A DNA stretch of 59,749 bases, the filler included, from Sphacelaria rigidula (Eukaryota), in the NCBI GenBank assembly GCA_964200075.2. It is 5 parts of 5 records of this genome, joined end to end, with 100 filler letters (N's around TTAATTAATTAA, not from the genome) between each part and the next. Parts side by side here need not be neighbours in the genome. Positions count along the whole stretch, not along the records: positions 23,944 to 35,813 come from CAXNAA020004397.1; positions 35,914 to 47,781 come from CAXNAA020004398.1; 3 more parts are not named here. One strand, 5' to 3'. Positions 26,697 through 38,594 of this stretch are shown piece by piece (the first letter of the stretch is position 1; the number at the start of each line of letters is the position of its first letter). The notes below the pieces were generated by a model. That model was not told the origin of the DNA. It searched no databases and was given only the letters and a program-made list of their open reading frames with translations. Made by a program: the position numbers and the translations under genes.

Positions 26697-26883
26697 GTCA
26701 AGACGGGGCAAGGGAAGATGGACGAAGGAGGAACACGAGAATTTCTTGAAGGGAGTCGAGGAGCACGGCAGAGACTGGAAGGCTATCGGCGAATATGTCA
26801 CCACCAGGACCGTCGTGCAGATTCGTACCCACGCCCAGAAATATTTCTTGAAGAAGGAAAAGGGCCTATGCTTTCCGGAGGAG
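26697..26883 (+). CDS. Exon encoding a single-repeat MYB DNA-binding domain, SHAQKYF class
   Basis: TAG acceptor at 26694-26696, GT donor at 26884. Translation GRWTKEEHENFLKGVEEHGRDWKAIGEYVTTRTVVQIRTHAQKYFLKKEKGLCFPEE. Starts in phase 2, so an upstream exon exists but was not identified. Confidence 0.92.
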
Positions 26884-27759
26884 GTACGGAAGTATTGCCG
26901 AGGATTGCGTGCAGTGTTGTAGTCTGGCACGGTACACTGTAGTGGTGCAGATTGCTTGATAGTCGACCATTGAAAAACCACGGAGGTGGCGGCGGGCGGG
27001 TGTGTACTCATAATCGTGCACGCCGTAGCCATAGGGCCATTGACCTCGCATCCCTACGAAGTCGGGACGGAGCACACCGGGTTTTCGCCGGACCGGGCTC
27101 ACAATCAACCAGGGAGGAATCGTACTACCGCAGGGGCGCACAACAAGTTTCTGGGTCGGCACACTGGAGTTAGATTCAGACTCTCGCGCACTCGCTCTAC
27201 TGCAGCTAGAATTAAGTTACGTCTGAGCGTGAGGCGATCCTGTCCCAGTGAATGTCACAAATGATGAAAAACATGTCTTTGTTTCGCTTCATAGCGTCAA
27301 AACGCCCGGAGCAAGTTTTGGCCAAAAAGTGCACCCCTTCTATTCTAGCACAACTCTAAGCGCGAAGCGCCGTGCTGCGTTGGGCGAGTCGCATGAGAGG
27401 TCAGCTGCATCCTGCTAAGATTGTTCGGCCCGAAGCGTATTAGCTGTCTTGCATATGAGTGACAGCCTCGTATACATATATACATACATGGATGTATCCC
27501 GCCACGGCCAGCTACCAACGCCCTCCTCCCTCCACCAACAATACTCTATCCTCTCAGAAGTACTGATGCCCGGAACCCTGGGCATACATGCCGTGGAGCA
27601 CACGCCCTAATGGTAGCCCGGACCTCCGAATCTGACCTTGAACCCAAACTTGGACCCGAACCCAAGCCTAGTTGAAGCTATCCCTACCCCTACCTCCAGT
27701 CCCACCCCTAGTCCTAATCCTAACCCCCTGGAAAAACATTTCAACGTGGTCTTGGGCAG

Positions 27760-29211
27760 CCGTACGCGAGCATGGAAGAAGAAATGAACGGAGACGCGAG
27801 TGGCTCATCATCGGAGGGCGAGCAGACGGTATCATCATCATCATCGACAACAGCATCGTCACGTTTATCATCTAGCACCAAGAAGCGAGGTGCCGCAGAA
27901 GCCTTCTCGTCGTCGTCGTCCTCCTCCGGCGGTACCCGAGCTCGGAGCACAACCGCCGCAGTCGCGGACAGGGCCCTCGTGGCCCCTAGAATCGAGACCC
28001 TCATCAGACCCAACGGCTCACGGGGTAAACGACTCATCCGCCCTGATTCCTCCGACGAAACAACGACCACGTCCACCACTACCCCTGCCATCGGCGCTAC
28101 CGAAAACGACGCCACGACGGTAGACTCGGTCTTGCCAGTCCGTACAACGCGCGGCCGAGCCGCCCGCGGTCGAGCACAGGCAATTGCCGCCCAAGCCAAG
28201 GCAGTGGCGAGCTCGTTGGCGGCCGAAGCCAAGCGCCGTAAGCTCAACACCGACGATCTCGTCTTGTTGTCGTCGCCAGCACAGTCGCCTGCGGCCACTT
28301 TCGCGGACACGATGGCCAACGGAGGCAGCGGCGGTTGCAGCGACCGTTTCAACTTACTACTCTCCCAGCAGCAGCAGCACTCTCCTACCGCGTTTTCGTA
28401 CCTAACGGCCGTATCACCAGAGGTTGGACCGGCCACTGTGTTGTGCAGCGGCGGCGGCACAGGTTCACCGTCGGTTGGAGAGTTTGGTTCTAGTGGTGCC
28501 GGCGATTGGGTGGCGTCGGCGGCGTCGGCGGCAGCCTTGGGGGGGGAACACGACGCCTTGGGGTTTGGGCTTACTCTTTTGCCCGCCGATGATGCTGCTG
28601 GATTGGAGGTAATCAGCTCGTCGACATTTCACGGCAGTACTCTTGCGGCCGCAGCGTCGTCTCCACGGACGGCGACGTCACCTGCATTCGTATCGAACCC
28701 GATCGATTCCTTTCCTGCGTTACCGTCATTATCTACGACGTCTTCGGTGGTTCCCACCTGCGGCGGAGGGGGATCACGATCACGTTACTTACCGGACTGC
28801 GGTGTCGGAAACGACCGCCACTACGCTCACGATCCCTCGGCCACCAACGCCGCGGACGCTCAACGTATGTCCGCCTTATCCTCGGCTGCCGCTCGCGCGT
28901 CTCTACACCACCACCGCCTCCAGCAGCAGCAGCAGCAGCACCAACACCAGCACCACCAGCTGCAAGCGCGAGGGCCGGCGCCGCCGGTGATGGTTAATCC
29001 TGCAGGCGCCGTTGGTATTACCAGCGGGTTGCCTTCGGGGTGGGTGTCTACCGCCACCGGTGCGCGTTTGGGTGCGGAGACGTGCGGTGCCTCCACCCGT
29101 TTCCCGACGCTGGACGGTGGGGCTAATGGGGACGTGTGGGACACGACAACGCCGATTTCTGGAGAACTAGACGAGGTGGGGGGTTACGTCAACGCCCCGG
29201 CTGACGGGTAA
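27760..29211 (+). CDS. Long Ser/Ala/Thr/Gln-rich exon continuing the MYB protein
   Basis: CAG acceptor at 27757-27759 is in phase 0 with the MYB exon (FPEE|PYASMEEEM...). About 480 open codons with a basic AKRRK motif and a poly-Q/H tract. Ends at TAA 29209-29211 or splices at GTAAGT 29208. Confidence 0.8.
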   Translation, partial: PYASMEEEMNGDASGSSSEGEQTVSSSSSTTASSRLSSSTKKRGAAEAFSSSSSSSGGTRARSTTAAVADRALVAPRIETLIRPNGSRGKRLIRPDSSDETTTTSTTTPAIGATENDATTVDSVLPVRTTRGRAARGRAQAIAAQAKAVASSLAAEAKRRKLNTDDLVLLSSPAQSPAATFADTMANGGSGGCSDRFNLLLSQQQQHSPTAFSYLTAVSPEVGPATVLCSGGGTGSPSVGEFGSSGAGDWVASAASAAALGGEHDALGFGLTLLPADDAAGLEVISSSTFHGSTLAAAASSPRTATSPAFVSNPIDSFPALPSLSTTSSVVPTCGGGGSRSRYLPDCGVGNDRHYAHDPSATNAADAQRMSALSSAAARASLHHHRLQQQQQQHQHQHHQLQARGPAPPVMVNPAGAVGITSGLPSGWVSTATGARLGAETCGASTRFPTLDGGANGDVWDTTTPISGELDEVGGYVNAPADG

Positions 29212-29490
29212 GTTGTCGGTCATCGAGGGTAATTATACTTATACGGTTGGGGCGAGAGGGCTAGATGCGTTCAGGGGTTATGGGTTACGACCGGTGTTAG
29301 GGGATTCCCCCCTCGGGTTGAAGAAAAGTACTCCATACAAGGGTAGTGAAGAAAATCGACCCTGACTCTCGCTCCGTATATATATATATATATATTCCGC
29401 GCTTCCGGGGATACTAACGCCTACATATGTGTGTGTGTTTTGCTCTATTCTTTCTTTTCCTTCCCTTTTCTTCTCCTTTTTTTGTTTTGG

Positions 29491-29680
29491 ATCGGCCATT
29501 TCTTTTTGTGCTATGCCTTTGTTGATTTTTATTCTTTTTCTTCACGTCTTAGTCTATATTGTCGTTTTGTTCAACTCTTTATGTTACTTATTTTTCTTCA
29601 GCGCGTGTTCCAGTTTTGTTTTTCTTGGATACGTCTACCATGTGGCCACGGTTGATCCCTGTTGGGTCAGTCAAAGTACG

Positions 29681-29722
<42 letters not shown>

Positions 29723-29729
29723 ATCAATC
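29491..29729 (+). repeat. Retroposon-like 3' end with (AATC)n tail
   Basis: T-rich body ...TTCTTCAGCG...GATCCCT...GTACGAC then (AATC)n. Homologues at 30470-30689 (+) and ~10211-10410 (-). Confidence 0.7.
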
Positions 29730-31920
29730 ATATGAAGCTATAATAGTAGTTGGACAATGATTTACTTGCTCTTAGAGTAGGGCAGAGAAGGTTGTATCGG
29801 ATTTGTCTGGTGCTGTTGGCGCTGACTTAACGGATCGGTTCTATGGATCAATACATAAACTCTGCCTCTGAGGCCTCGTTGTGTTTTGCACGAATGGTTG
29901 TTCTGGCCAGTTACATCGAATACATATAGTGCATAGAATAACTACGATGTACAAGTTTTCAGCTGTTTTTTTTTTTTAATTTTTCGTAGTCGGCGCTTTT
30001 CAATAGTTTATCGCGTGCCACCGCTCATCCCAGTGAACGATTGTTCCCGAAATTTGGGGATCGGGAGATACTAGGGATCCGCTCCACTTTCCGACACAAA
30101 ATCATGTGTGCGCTCAATGTTGAACGACTTACGGGCTGGATTGACAGAGGGTGTTATCAACCATTTTTGGTCCGTAACACGTATATTTTCTTGGTCCATA
30201 TCAAAATTATTTTCGGCTCTTCAAGAGCAATGAATACATAAAAAAATGAGGGTCTGAAAAATTATTCACGAGAGCGATCGGGTTTCGTTCACCCCCCCCT
30301 TGTGCCACACGCAGACTTTGGTTGGGAAATTTTTCGTAGAGGGATACTTTTTCTGAATTTGCTCGTATGGTATTCTTCCCTAGCACTCGAACGTCGTACG
30401 AGCTGGTCCAGCCTGGACACGGGTTTAAGCTCTCGAAGCAATCTTTTTTCGACACACTTATTGTTTTAGATCGGCCATCTCTTTCTGTGCTTTGCTTTTG
30501 TCGACTTTTTATCCCTTTTTTTTTTCACGTCTTCGTCTACTACTCCGTTCTGTTCGACTTTTTCTGTTCCTTCTTCAGCGAGTGAGTATTTCAGTTTTGC
30601 TTTTCTTGGGTACGTCTATCATGCAACCACGGCTGGATCCCTGGGGGATTAATTAAAGTGCGACAATCAATCAAAATCAATAAAATCAGAGACGAGTTGG
30701 ACGGTGACCCGCATATCGTAGTCATTGTCCATCCAAGGGGAAAATGCCCATGTGCTCAACAGTCTGGGGCAATTTTGTCTCGGTGATTAAACGTCATGTC
30801 TAGCAGTACCTACACCGTACCGCCGTAGGTTCCATACTAAAGTCTATTTGAAACCCCGAACGACATATACCACAGCGGATTACTACGATTTTTGGCGTGT
30901 GCATCCCCTGGAGTACTGGGAAACGATCGATACCCTCACCCTCACCTGACTTGCCATCTATCTAGAGACACGACGCACATAAGATTCCACACTAAAATCG
31001 ATGCATTACGAGCATAGGAACTAAGTGCAGTAAATCTGGATATCGCGTCTCAGTTTATGAGAGTCGTGCTCGGAAATTCGCTAGGACATGATGAAAAAAC
31101 TTCAGCTTCTTGAGATTTTTTTCTATTTTTGCTTTTTGGAGGGATTTCAAGAAATACGGATATTGTTACTGGCCCTTGTGTCAGTTTTTAGCTCAGTTAT
31201 CAGAATTGTGACTTGAACGTTAGTATGGAATCGCCAAAGCATGCTAAAAATAAAAATGAAGTGGGCCTTCAGTTTTATTTTTGAGAGCTGAGGGCGTTCT
31301 CGTGAAAAAAATGTCTTTATGATACCAAAAACGTCCGAAACATGACAAAAAAAATGTACATGTCCCACTTTTTTCGTTCATTTTGCCCTAAAGAGGTCCC
31401 ACACACAATTTCGAAGCACAAGTACCAAACCTGGGCCGGTAAGTGACCTGCGCAATATTGTTCCGAATGTCGACCGGCCCGGTTATTAAATCACCCCTCC
31501 TCACCTCAAATTTGAGAGTTTTCCTTTCAATTTTGATACGGAAAATGAAGAGGGCATCGTAGGAAAAGTAGTTCGGGAGTATATATTTTTTCTCATTTTG
31601 TTCACGAGTGAGAGGCAATGATAAGCTTTCAGTTTTCAGTAAAGTACCATCAACTCATGAAAAAAAACCTTGCTGTCCCGATTTTTTTATCATGCCCTTT
31701 TCATTCATTGTCCGTACCAAATTTGAAAGGCCAAATCTCAAAATTGACGTGAGGTGTGGCCTACAAAATATCAATTCGCGTCCAGGCTGGACCAGCTCAA
31801 CGCGTCGATAGGTATTGGGGAACGAGGAAGGTCGTGCTCAGGACATTACACTCAATTGGTGTTGTCGGAGTGATTCGGGGTAAGAACGTCGTTTATCAGG
31901 GGGTGTAATCGACCGTCACT

Positions 31921-32279
31921 GGCCGGTCGCCCCGGTGGCTCAGTTGGTAACCTCGAAACCTTCTGACGGTTGGGTCGTGGGTTCAAATCTCGGAGTGATC
32001 TGGGATTTTGTCTCATGCCCAACAGTGGAGAGCGACTATGTCGTGGGTACATAGAATTCGACCTAACGGTCGACGAGGAAAAGGGAATGCTGAACTCCTC
32101 TCGCGATAGAAAATAAAGGCAAGCACCGCACATGAAAGGTGGGATACGAAAAACAAAAAAAAAATAAAGCTCCTGTGTTGACCTTCCTCCTATGTGACAC
32201 CGGCTGATGCTCGCACATATACCGAAAGGTGTAGACCGGCGTCCAGAATAGAAGGGACAACACACAACACACACAACAC
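31921..32279 (+). mobile_element. tRNA-derived SINE, apparently full-length copy
   Basis: Pol III A box TGGCTCAGTTGG 31936-31947, B box GGTTCAAATCT 31980-31990, non-tRNA body, CA-rich tail, candidate TSD CACTGGCC at 31917 and 32277. Homologous pieces occur elsewhere in the window. Confidence 0.8.
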
Positions 32280-32295
32280 TGGCCCGAAAACACAG

Positions 32296-32431
32296 TTTTT
32301 TTGGCTCTGCCGCAATGATTAGGTAGAATTGAAAGAAAACATCCTTTGCATTTGTTCACGACTTTTTTTTTTGGCTCTGCCACAATGAATAGGTAGAATT
32401 AAACGAAAACATCCTTTGCATTTGTTCACGA
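32296..32431 (+). repeat. 70-bp tandem duplication
   Basis: TTGGCTCTGCC..AATGA.TAGGTAGAATT...GAAAACATCCTTTGCATTTGTTCACGA at 32301 and 32371. Confidence 0.85.
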
Positions 32432-33413
32432 AAACTATCGGGACTGCTTCACTCGAGCTAAAATATCCAAGCGTCAGAACCTGGGACTGGGCAGTCTCAG
32501 GACCCCCGATCACCGGTCGGCCCGTAAGTTGTTTACTATTAATTGCAGAGATGATTTGTTTCGGAATGTGGAGAGGATACCTAGTATCTTCCGATCCCCA
32601 AAGTTTGGTATCAAACGTTTGCTGGGATGCGCCGTGGCATGCAAAAACACTAAAGAATGTGTTCGTGAGATTGAGAGGAGGGGATAGGATTGAGAGTAAA
32701 AAGCGGTCAATTAGTGACTGAATCGTTTCAGTTCCGAAATGCCCCTCCACGAGGCCCGATATTCTTTCTGTACTAGCATACCACTGAGGAGCTTGATATC
32801 CCTGCGTAGGATATCGGCGTGTAGCTGTAAGCACACGGCAGTGATAGAGGCGAAGAAGAGCACACGCGGAATGAAAATTTGGCCAAGTTGAAGCGAAGAA
32901 TTGAAGCCACTCTCAATCCACGCTCTACTCTCGATCTCACGAAAACATTGTTACTACTGAAAATCGCCGACTGCGAAAAAAATACCAAAGTCCCCTACTG
33001 TTCCAGCTCAAAACTACTTTGTTGACGATTTTTCGGCCTGGTTCCCGCTGAGTGTATGCAACCTAGCATTTTGTTTTGCCCCACTATCGTACATGTCATA
33101 ATACATCGTAGCGCATCATGATCGGACGCCCACAGTACGTTGCATTTTATGACGGTAGAGTCACCAAAGCGTCAATTTCAAGAAAATTAGACGACCCAAG
33201 ATATTTTTTTGCCCGCCCGGGCATGTGTGCGTGTATTTGAGAGTTCGGACCGATTTCGTTTTGCTATATCCTTGATTGAAGTTATTTTTGTCCTTTTTTT
33301 TTCTTATTTTTTTTCTCGATTTCGTTCTGCTTTTTTGCCCGCAGTGCGTTTCGTGTTTTTTTATGCAACGAGATATTATAGTTCTCGGAGCCGCTTGTGT
33401 CGGATACAGCTAG

Positions 33414-34749
33414 CTCTTCCTCAAACAACCCAAACGACGACTATTACACAACACATCCTAACCTTCACCCCCGCGCTGTCGACAGATCTTCGCTCAACTT
33501 TGAGTTCTTCGAGTCGCTGATTATGGACACCAACCACGACGGCATCAACGATAGCCACAACACCGACGTCTACAGCAGTCGTCCCAACAACCAGTATGAC
33601 TCCACGGCGAACACATCCACCAGTAGCAGCGACAAGCGCGCCACCACCTCTTCCTTTTATGCGGACGACAAGAACAAGAACGGCCGCACTACTACCACCG
33701 ACTTTAATGCCGCCGCTGCCACCGGCATGCCAAAATCCGGCGCCGAAAACAACAACTGTTCAGCCGCAGGCGCCGCTACTGCGACAGTGATCACCCCTAC
33801 ATCAAGAATATATTCTAACAACTCGGCCCCGACGTATTACCATTACAAGGACAACAACGGTGTCAATCTGCCATCGTGCTCTTCCTTCTCTTCGTCCTCG
33901 TCCTCCTTGTCCTCCGCCGGCGCCACCGCCGGCGCCACGTCAACGGGATGGACCACAAGCGTGACCACAAGCCCCACCATCTCCATTTTCGCCACTACAC
34001 GGCCGCCATCAACATCATCAACCACGTCGTCGTCGGCGTCGTCGTATTCGAAGATGGTGCCTGTGGTGACCCCTCACGAAGAGCCAGCCTTCGCGCACGA
34101 GAACGAGCCGTCCCCGTTGTCAACGGACCGCGAGGAGCGTGTCTACGACAACAAGTCGTGGCTCGCTCCGTCGGCCGCCGCCGTCGCCGCCGCCGTCGCG
34201 AAAGTAGCCGAGGTGGACTGCGTTGCACCCTCCACCGCCAGCGGTGCCAGCGACGCTGGCGCCGCTAGCCGCAACACCACTTGTGCCGGTGGCTGCGGCG
34301 GCGACGACCCGTTTTTTTCGGCGGCACCTCTACTGCAATTCTCGGCGCCCGCTAATGCGGCGGGCAGCTCCGGCGAGGGTAGCAACATCAATAAAGCGGG
34401 ACGGCTAGGGGCTTCTGCCGCAGCGGCGGCGGCCGGGGGTGCTGTGCTGCCAACGCTGGACACCAATTCCGCTGCGAATCCGGCTTCCGCGCGCTGTCTT
34501 GACGGGAGGGAGTATTCTGTTGATAACTACACGAGCAACAAAAGTAATACAGCTGGAGTGAGTGATGATAGCGATGCGAACGGTAACGAAAATATCGCGA
34601 GTTTCTCCTGCGGCGGCGAGGGTGGCGGTGGAGAGGGCGGTGACGATGGTGACGAGATAGCGGGGTTGTCCAACCTGGAGGAGGACGGGGATGGGGCGGA
34701 GTTGATGTTTTTAAGCGAGGACACTTTTCTCCTGCTTGATCTAATGTGA
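33414..34749 (+). CDS. Long low-complexity (S/T/A/N) exon or ORF with acidic-hydrophobic C-terminus; possibly the terminal exon of the MYB gene
   Basis: 450-codon GC-rich ORF 33397-34749 preceded by a T-rich tract. TAG at 33411-33413 is a phase-2 acceptor candidate; alternative start ATG at 33523. Ends EEDGDGAELMFLSEDTFLLLDLM. Confidence 0.65.
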
Positions 34750-35813
34750 TCTCTGTTTGCGTATTCTTTTCGCCTTGAAGTTTCTCGTCATTTTCGTGTT
34801 GAAGCATGTGTTCAACGACAAGCATGTTTTGCTTCCATGCTAAGAACGAGGGCAATCCAGGGTCTGGTAGATGATGCGCGTTTGCCACTACTTTGTGCAC
34901 CTCCTCTTCTTAGCGCCGCAAGCCGTAAAGGACAGTGAAAAAAGTCCCTATTTATGGCAAAAACAGTCATGGACAAGTTGTGATTGTGCTGTTTTTCACA
35001 GTAAGGCACGGCACGTGGGCGTGTGGTTGTTTTTAGGTGGGGATACAAACCCAACTTTTTATTTTTTTTCGTATGATTCTTCCTACTGGTCCGGGTTCGC
35101 CTTCTCTCGTCTTGGCCCGAAATTTCGCGAGATCTTTGCGTGACAATTTCTGCGTCATCAGATATGATGCATATCTGTTTCGTGTATATTGGTGCCAATG
35201 TGCTGCCATCAGTACAAGGGTGAAGAGATGAAAAACCAAGCTGATGTCTGGTGGAATGCCTTCGCTCGATGTCGTTTAATCGCTAGTGTCATCGCTGCGA
35301 TTGCTGTTGCCTGTTGACCCCCCCTTCCCTTCCTCTGCGTTCTAAACTCGAGCAGCTGATAAGCAAGGGTGTTTCGTTCGTTTGTGTTGATCGGAGGGCG
35401 GGGACGGGGGGGATGGACGACTCGGGTACATACGAGGACAATATTATGCGTACGCGGTGGGAAGTTTTGTTGTTTTTTTACCGGGAAACAGTTGATGCCT
35501 ATCGTGGATTTGTCTCTCTTTATTGAAGGTACATTTGTCGGGTATACTGCTACTGTAAGGCCGGGTAAGAAGGTGTTGTGACGGGGCGGTGGGGGCTTCC
35601 ATGGATAATTGTCGCGCTTCAGAGACAACGCAGGAGCCTCGACCGCGACAGACGCAAGACTCAATGGTGGCTTGCTGGGCATGAAGAAGTAAGCAAGTTG
35701 TTTCGGCACGCGCACAACGCCTCAGGAACTCTCAATGCCGACGAGACGCAGGAAACCGTTCCTCGGGAACTCTCTAGTTGAACACACAGCACATAGGGGA
35801 GGGGGGAGGGGGG

Positions 35814-35913
35814 NNNNNNNNNNNNNNNNNNNNNNNNNNNNNNNNNNNNNNNNNNNNTTAATTAATTAANNNNNNNNNNNNNNNNNNNNNNNNNNNNNNN
35901 NNNNNNNNNNNNN
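35814..35913. other. Artificial contig spacer
   Basis: Same 100-bp spacer. Confidence 0.98.
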
Positions 35914-36430
35914 GCCGAAAAGACCCTCCCCACGCCGTACCGACAAGACCGGTCATGGCCTTCGTCGGAGGACGGGGAACGGAGGACCTGCCTAACTCTT
36001 CGAATAACCAATGGCATCTCCACTCTTGGTTCAAAAATCACTGTCAGCTGGCCCAGTTCGTATAGTTGTTGACGATGGCAGCGTCGTACGGGGGGAAGTA
36101 GGCGTAGCTACGAAGACGGATGCTATACCGTACAACAGACACGACAGTTTTCACGTGATACAATACGTTCCCAACGGAATGCTGTGTACGGTATACCTGA
36201 CGGGAGCAAACCTTTGCCGGAGAGCAACACAGTAGGATCACACGTCAGCTGCTGCAAGAATTAATGCACAGCGCGGTTTGTGTTTTGCCAAACACAATAG
36301 AGCGGTCCGCGTGGTGGGGGAAGCAACTCCGCTCAACCGACGGATACTGCACAAAGCGTCGACAGTCGTGCCGCCGCGCCGCCCCGGTAGTCGGTCAAAC
36401 TGGAAAAAAAAAAACGCTACTTTGGTCGAC

Positions 36431-38465
36431 CTTTGTGGATTCGCAAATTGACAGTAGAAGTTCTTCCCCTCGTGGTTTCCCCGTCGTATGACAGCGTGGG
36501 AACGAGAGTTGGCAGGAACGACAAATTCGATGAAAGTCGAACGCCTGCGGCAGTGCTCATCAAGAGCTCCAACACAAAGGTACATAAGGCGGGTACCGGG
36601 GGAGAGAGAGATGAGTTTTTCCTTCCGGCCTACGGACTCTCGTTCCGAGGAAGGAAGGGCGAGGGGGAGGAGGGGGCGTGCTCATTTCTTGTTTGCCTTA
36701 GCCATTCGACTATTGATCACGCATCTCTTTCGAGACGGACCACAGCCCTTACTCCTACTAGACACAATTCCAATGTGGGCGCTCATTGTGAGAGGGGGGG
36801 AGGGTCGGTGGAGTATGAAGAAAAATACAAGACCCAGAAATTGATGGCTGGTAAAAACAAAAAGGCTAGTCAACCCCTAGACAACGAGTGTCATATTGTC
36901 TTGTCAAGAGGAATCCATGCATGTTTCTGTCGTCGTAATGCAGAGCACCACAATATTCACCAGGTCACAAGCAGACGGACCAAAGCTGCGGTCACGCGCT
37001 ACCCTGTACAGCAAACAGCGCAGCACAGCACACATACACATGCTGCGTGGACACATGGCTAACAAGGCATCCGATCAATAAAAGCTAGCACTTCTGGCTA
37101 CCCCGCAAAAGTTGACCGATAGTGGCGTTATACCAGGTACACCATCCATGTCGCAAACGCTTCAAGAGCGGGTGGCTCACCAGACGGAAGTTTGCCCTTA
37201 GCGTCGCCCATCGCCGGGCAGCCTCGGTGGCATATACGGGTTCCGGTTCCAGTTCATCTACAAACAGTAAGAGATCGGCGCACGACCACAACACATTAAA
37301 CAACCTGTAGACGCGGATATACAGTAGAAACACACAACATACAAAAATTGCCCTGCGGAAAATAATTGTCAGCCTTCTTTCAAACACATGCAACGGTAAA
37401 AATAACTGCAAAACGAATTTGTCGACTCCTCCGTTGGCGCCGTCCTCTCAAAAGTCGACTGCAGCGTGCCCCTGCCTAGGGTTTTCCCGCCCGCCAGACG
37501 GATACTGCAGTGGATCGGGAAGACAAGACTTATAGTTGATGATGTTACACGGCAACCCCGGGGTCTCAGATGATGACTGAATGGATGTTGTTCTATTCAT
37601 TCATTTTGATTGTTCTCCTCGTTTTGAGACACGAAAGAGATGGATTCACCTCCCACCGATGGGGCTGCAAAAAAAAAGCGAAAAAAAATCGCGCGTAAGG
37701 CGCGATTTTGGCCGGGCGTTCAAAATCGGTACCCGACCAAAATTGAGGACTCTCATTCAAGATTAGGCGAAGAACTAAAACATGGGACATGTCATGTTCT
37801 ACTGTAACGCAGCACGAACGCTCATGTGCTGTAGCTGTCACTGTACCGTGGTGTGTTTGGACCTTGCGAAGACAGTTTGGTTTCCGCTGGGATTGTCTGA
37901 ACTGCCGTACCGTTGTGTTCCGCTCCGTACATGAGAATTTTAGTCGCCACCACCTCTCGGGTCTTGTCTTTGAAGCAATCTTGGGGTTAAAAACACTTGT
38001 CACCCGCGGGGGCGGCTCTACAATACCACGACTGCAGCCCCCTGCTGCGCGAGACTGTAATTGAGAACATGACTCGGGTCTGTTTAATACTACAGCCGTC
38101 CTTCCCTACCTACGCCTCATCCCACGAAGGGGGGGGGGATTGATACTGCCTCGCCCTGCGGTGCAATAACGGTAGGAACACACGGTTGTGAAGGCGAGGA
38201 GTAACCGTTACGTCATTTTGTACAGTACTGTATTTTGACTTGCTCTGCTGCTGCATACAGCGTCAAAAATTCAAGTGATTCGTGTATCGTTTCGGCGTAG
38301 CACCTGACCGTGGCGGTTGTGGTGATGATGGCGATCTCGGTACGATCTCCACGTCGACATCACTTGGTGGATTAGCCGGCGAGCGGTCTTCCAATGCACA
38401 AGCAGCTTCTAAGACGGGTGCAGCGAGACTCGCCGCGTGAGCAGGTGCCGCATGGTTCCCCAGCG
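36431..38465 (-). CDS. Internal exons of a spliced gene of unknown function
   Basis: Minus-strand exons 38465-38304, 37257-37181 and 36544-36431 have AG/GT ends and matching phases: ...PRSPSSPQPPRS|DELEPEPVYATEAARRWATLRANFRL|AFDFHRICRSCQLSFPRCHTTGKPRGEELLLSICESTK. First and last exons not resolved. Confidence 0.55.
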
Positions 38466-38594
38466 CTGACGTCGTACGTAGGGAGCAAAACGTTACAACT
38501 GAGACTCGAGGCACAAGCGTGTGCACTACACTCTCAAGCCGGTCTATTCATTACAGCACGGGCGGATAGAGACAAAAAAAGCTCGTGTGTCGAC

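Noticed and set aside
27630..27730. Interstitial telomeric repeat (also ~24786-24810)
   Set aside because: Too short and degenerate relative to (CCCTAA)n.
13132..29211. ABCF-MYB fusion or functional gene cluster
   Set aside because: The two genes are on different contigs separated by an artificial spacer.
31928..32000. Functional tRNA gene (also 39308-39380)
   Set aside because: D-stem and acceptor stem do not pair properly and the sequence continues into a repeated SINE body.
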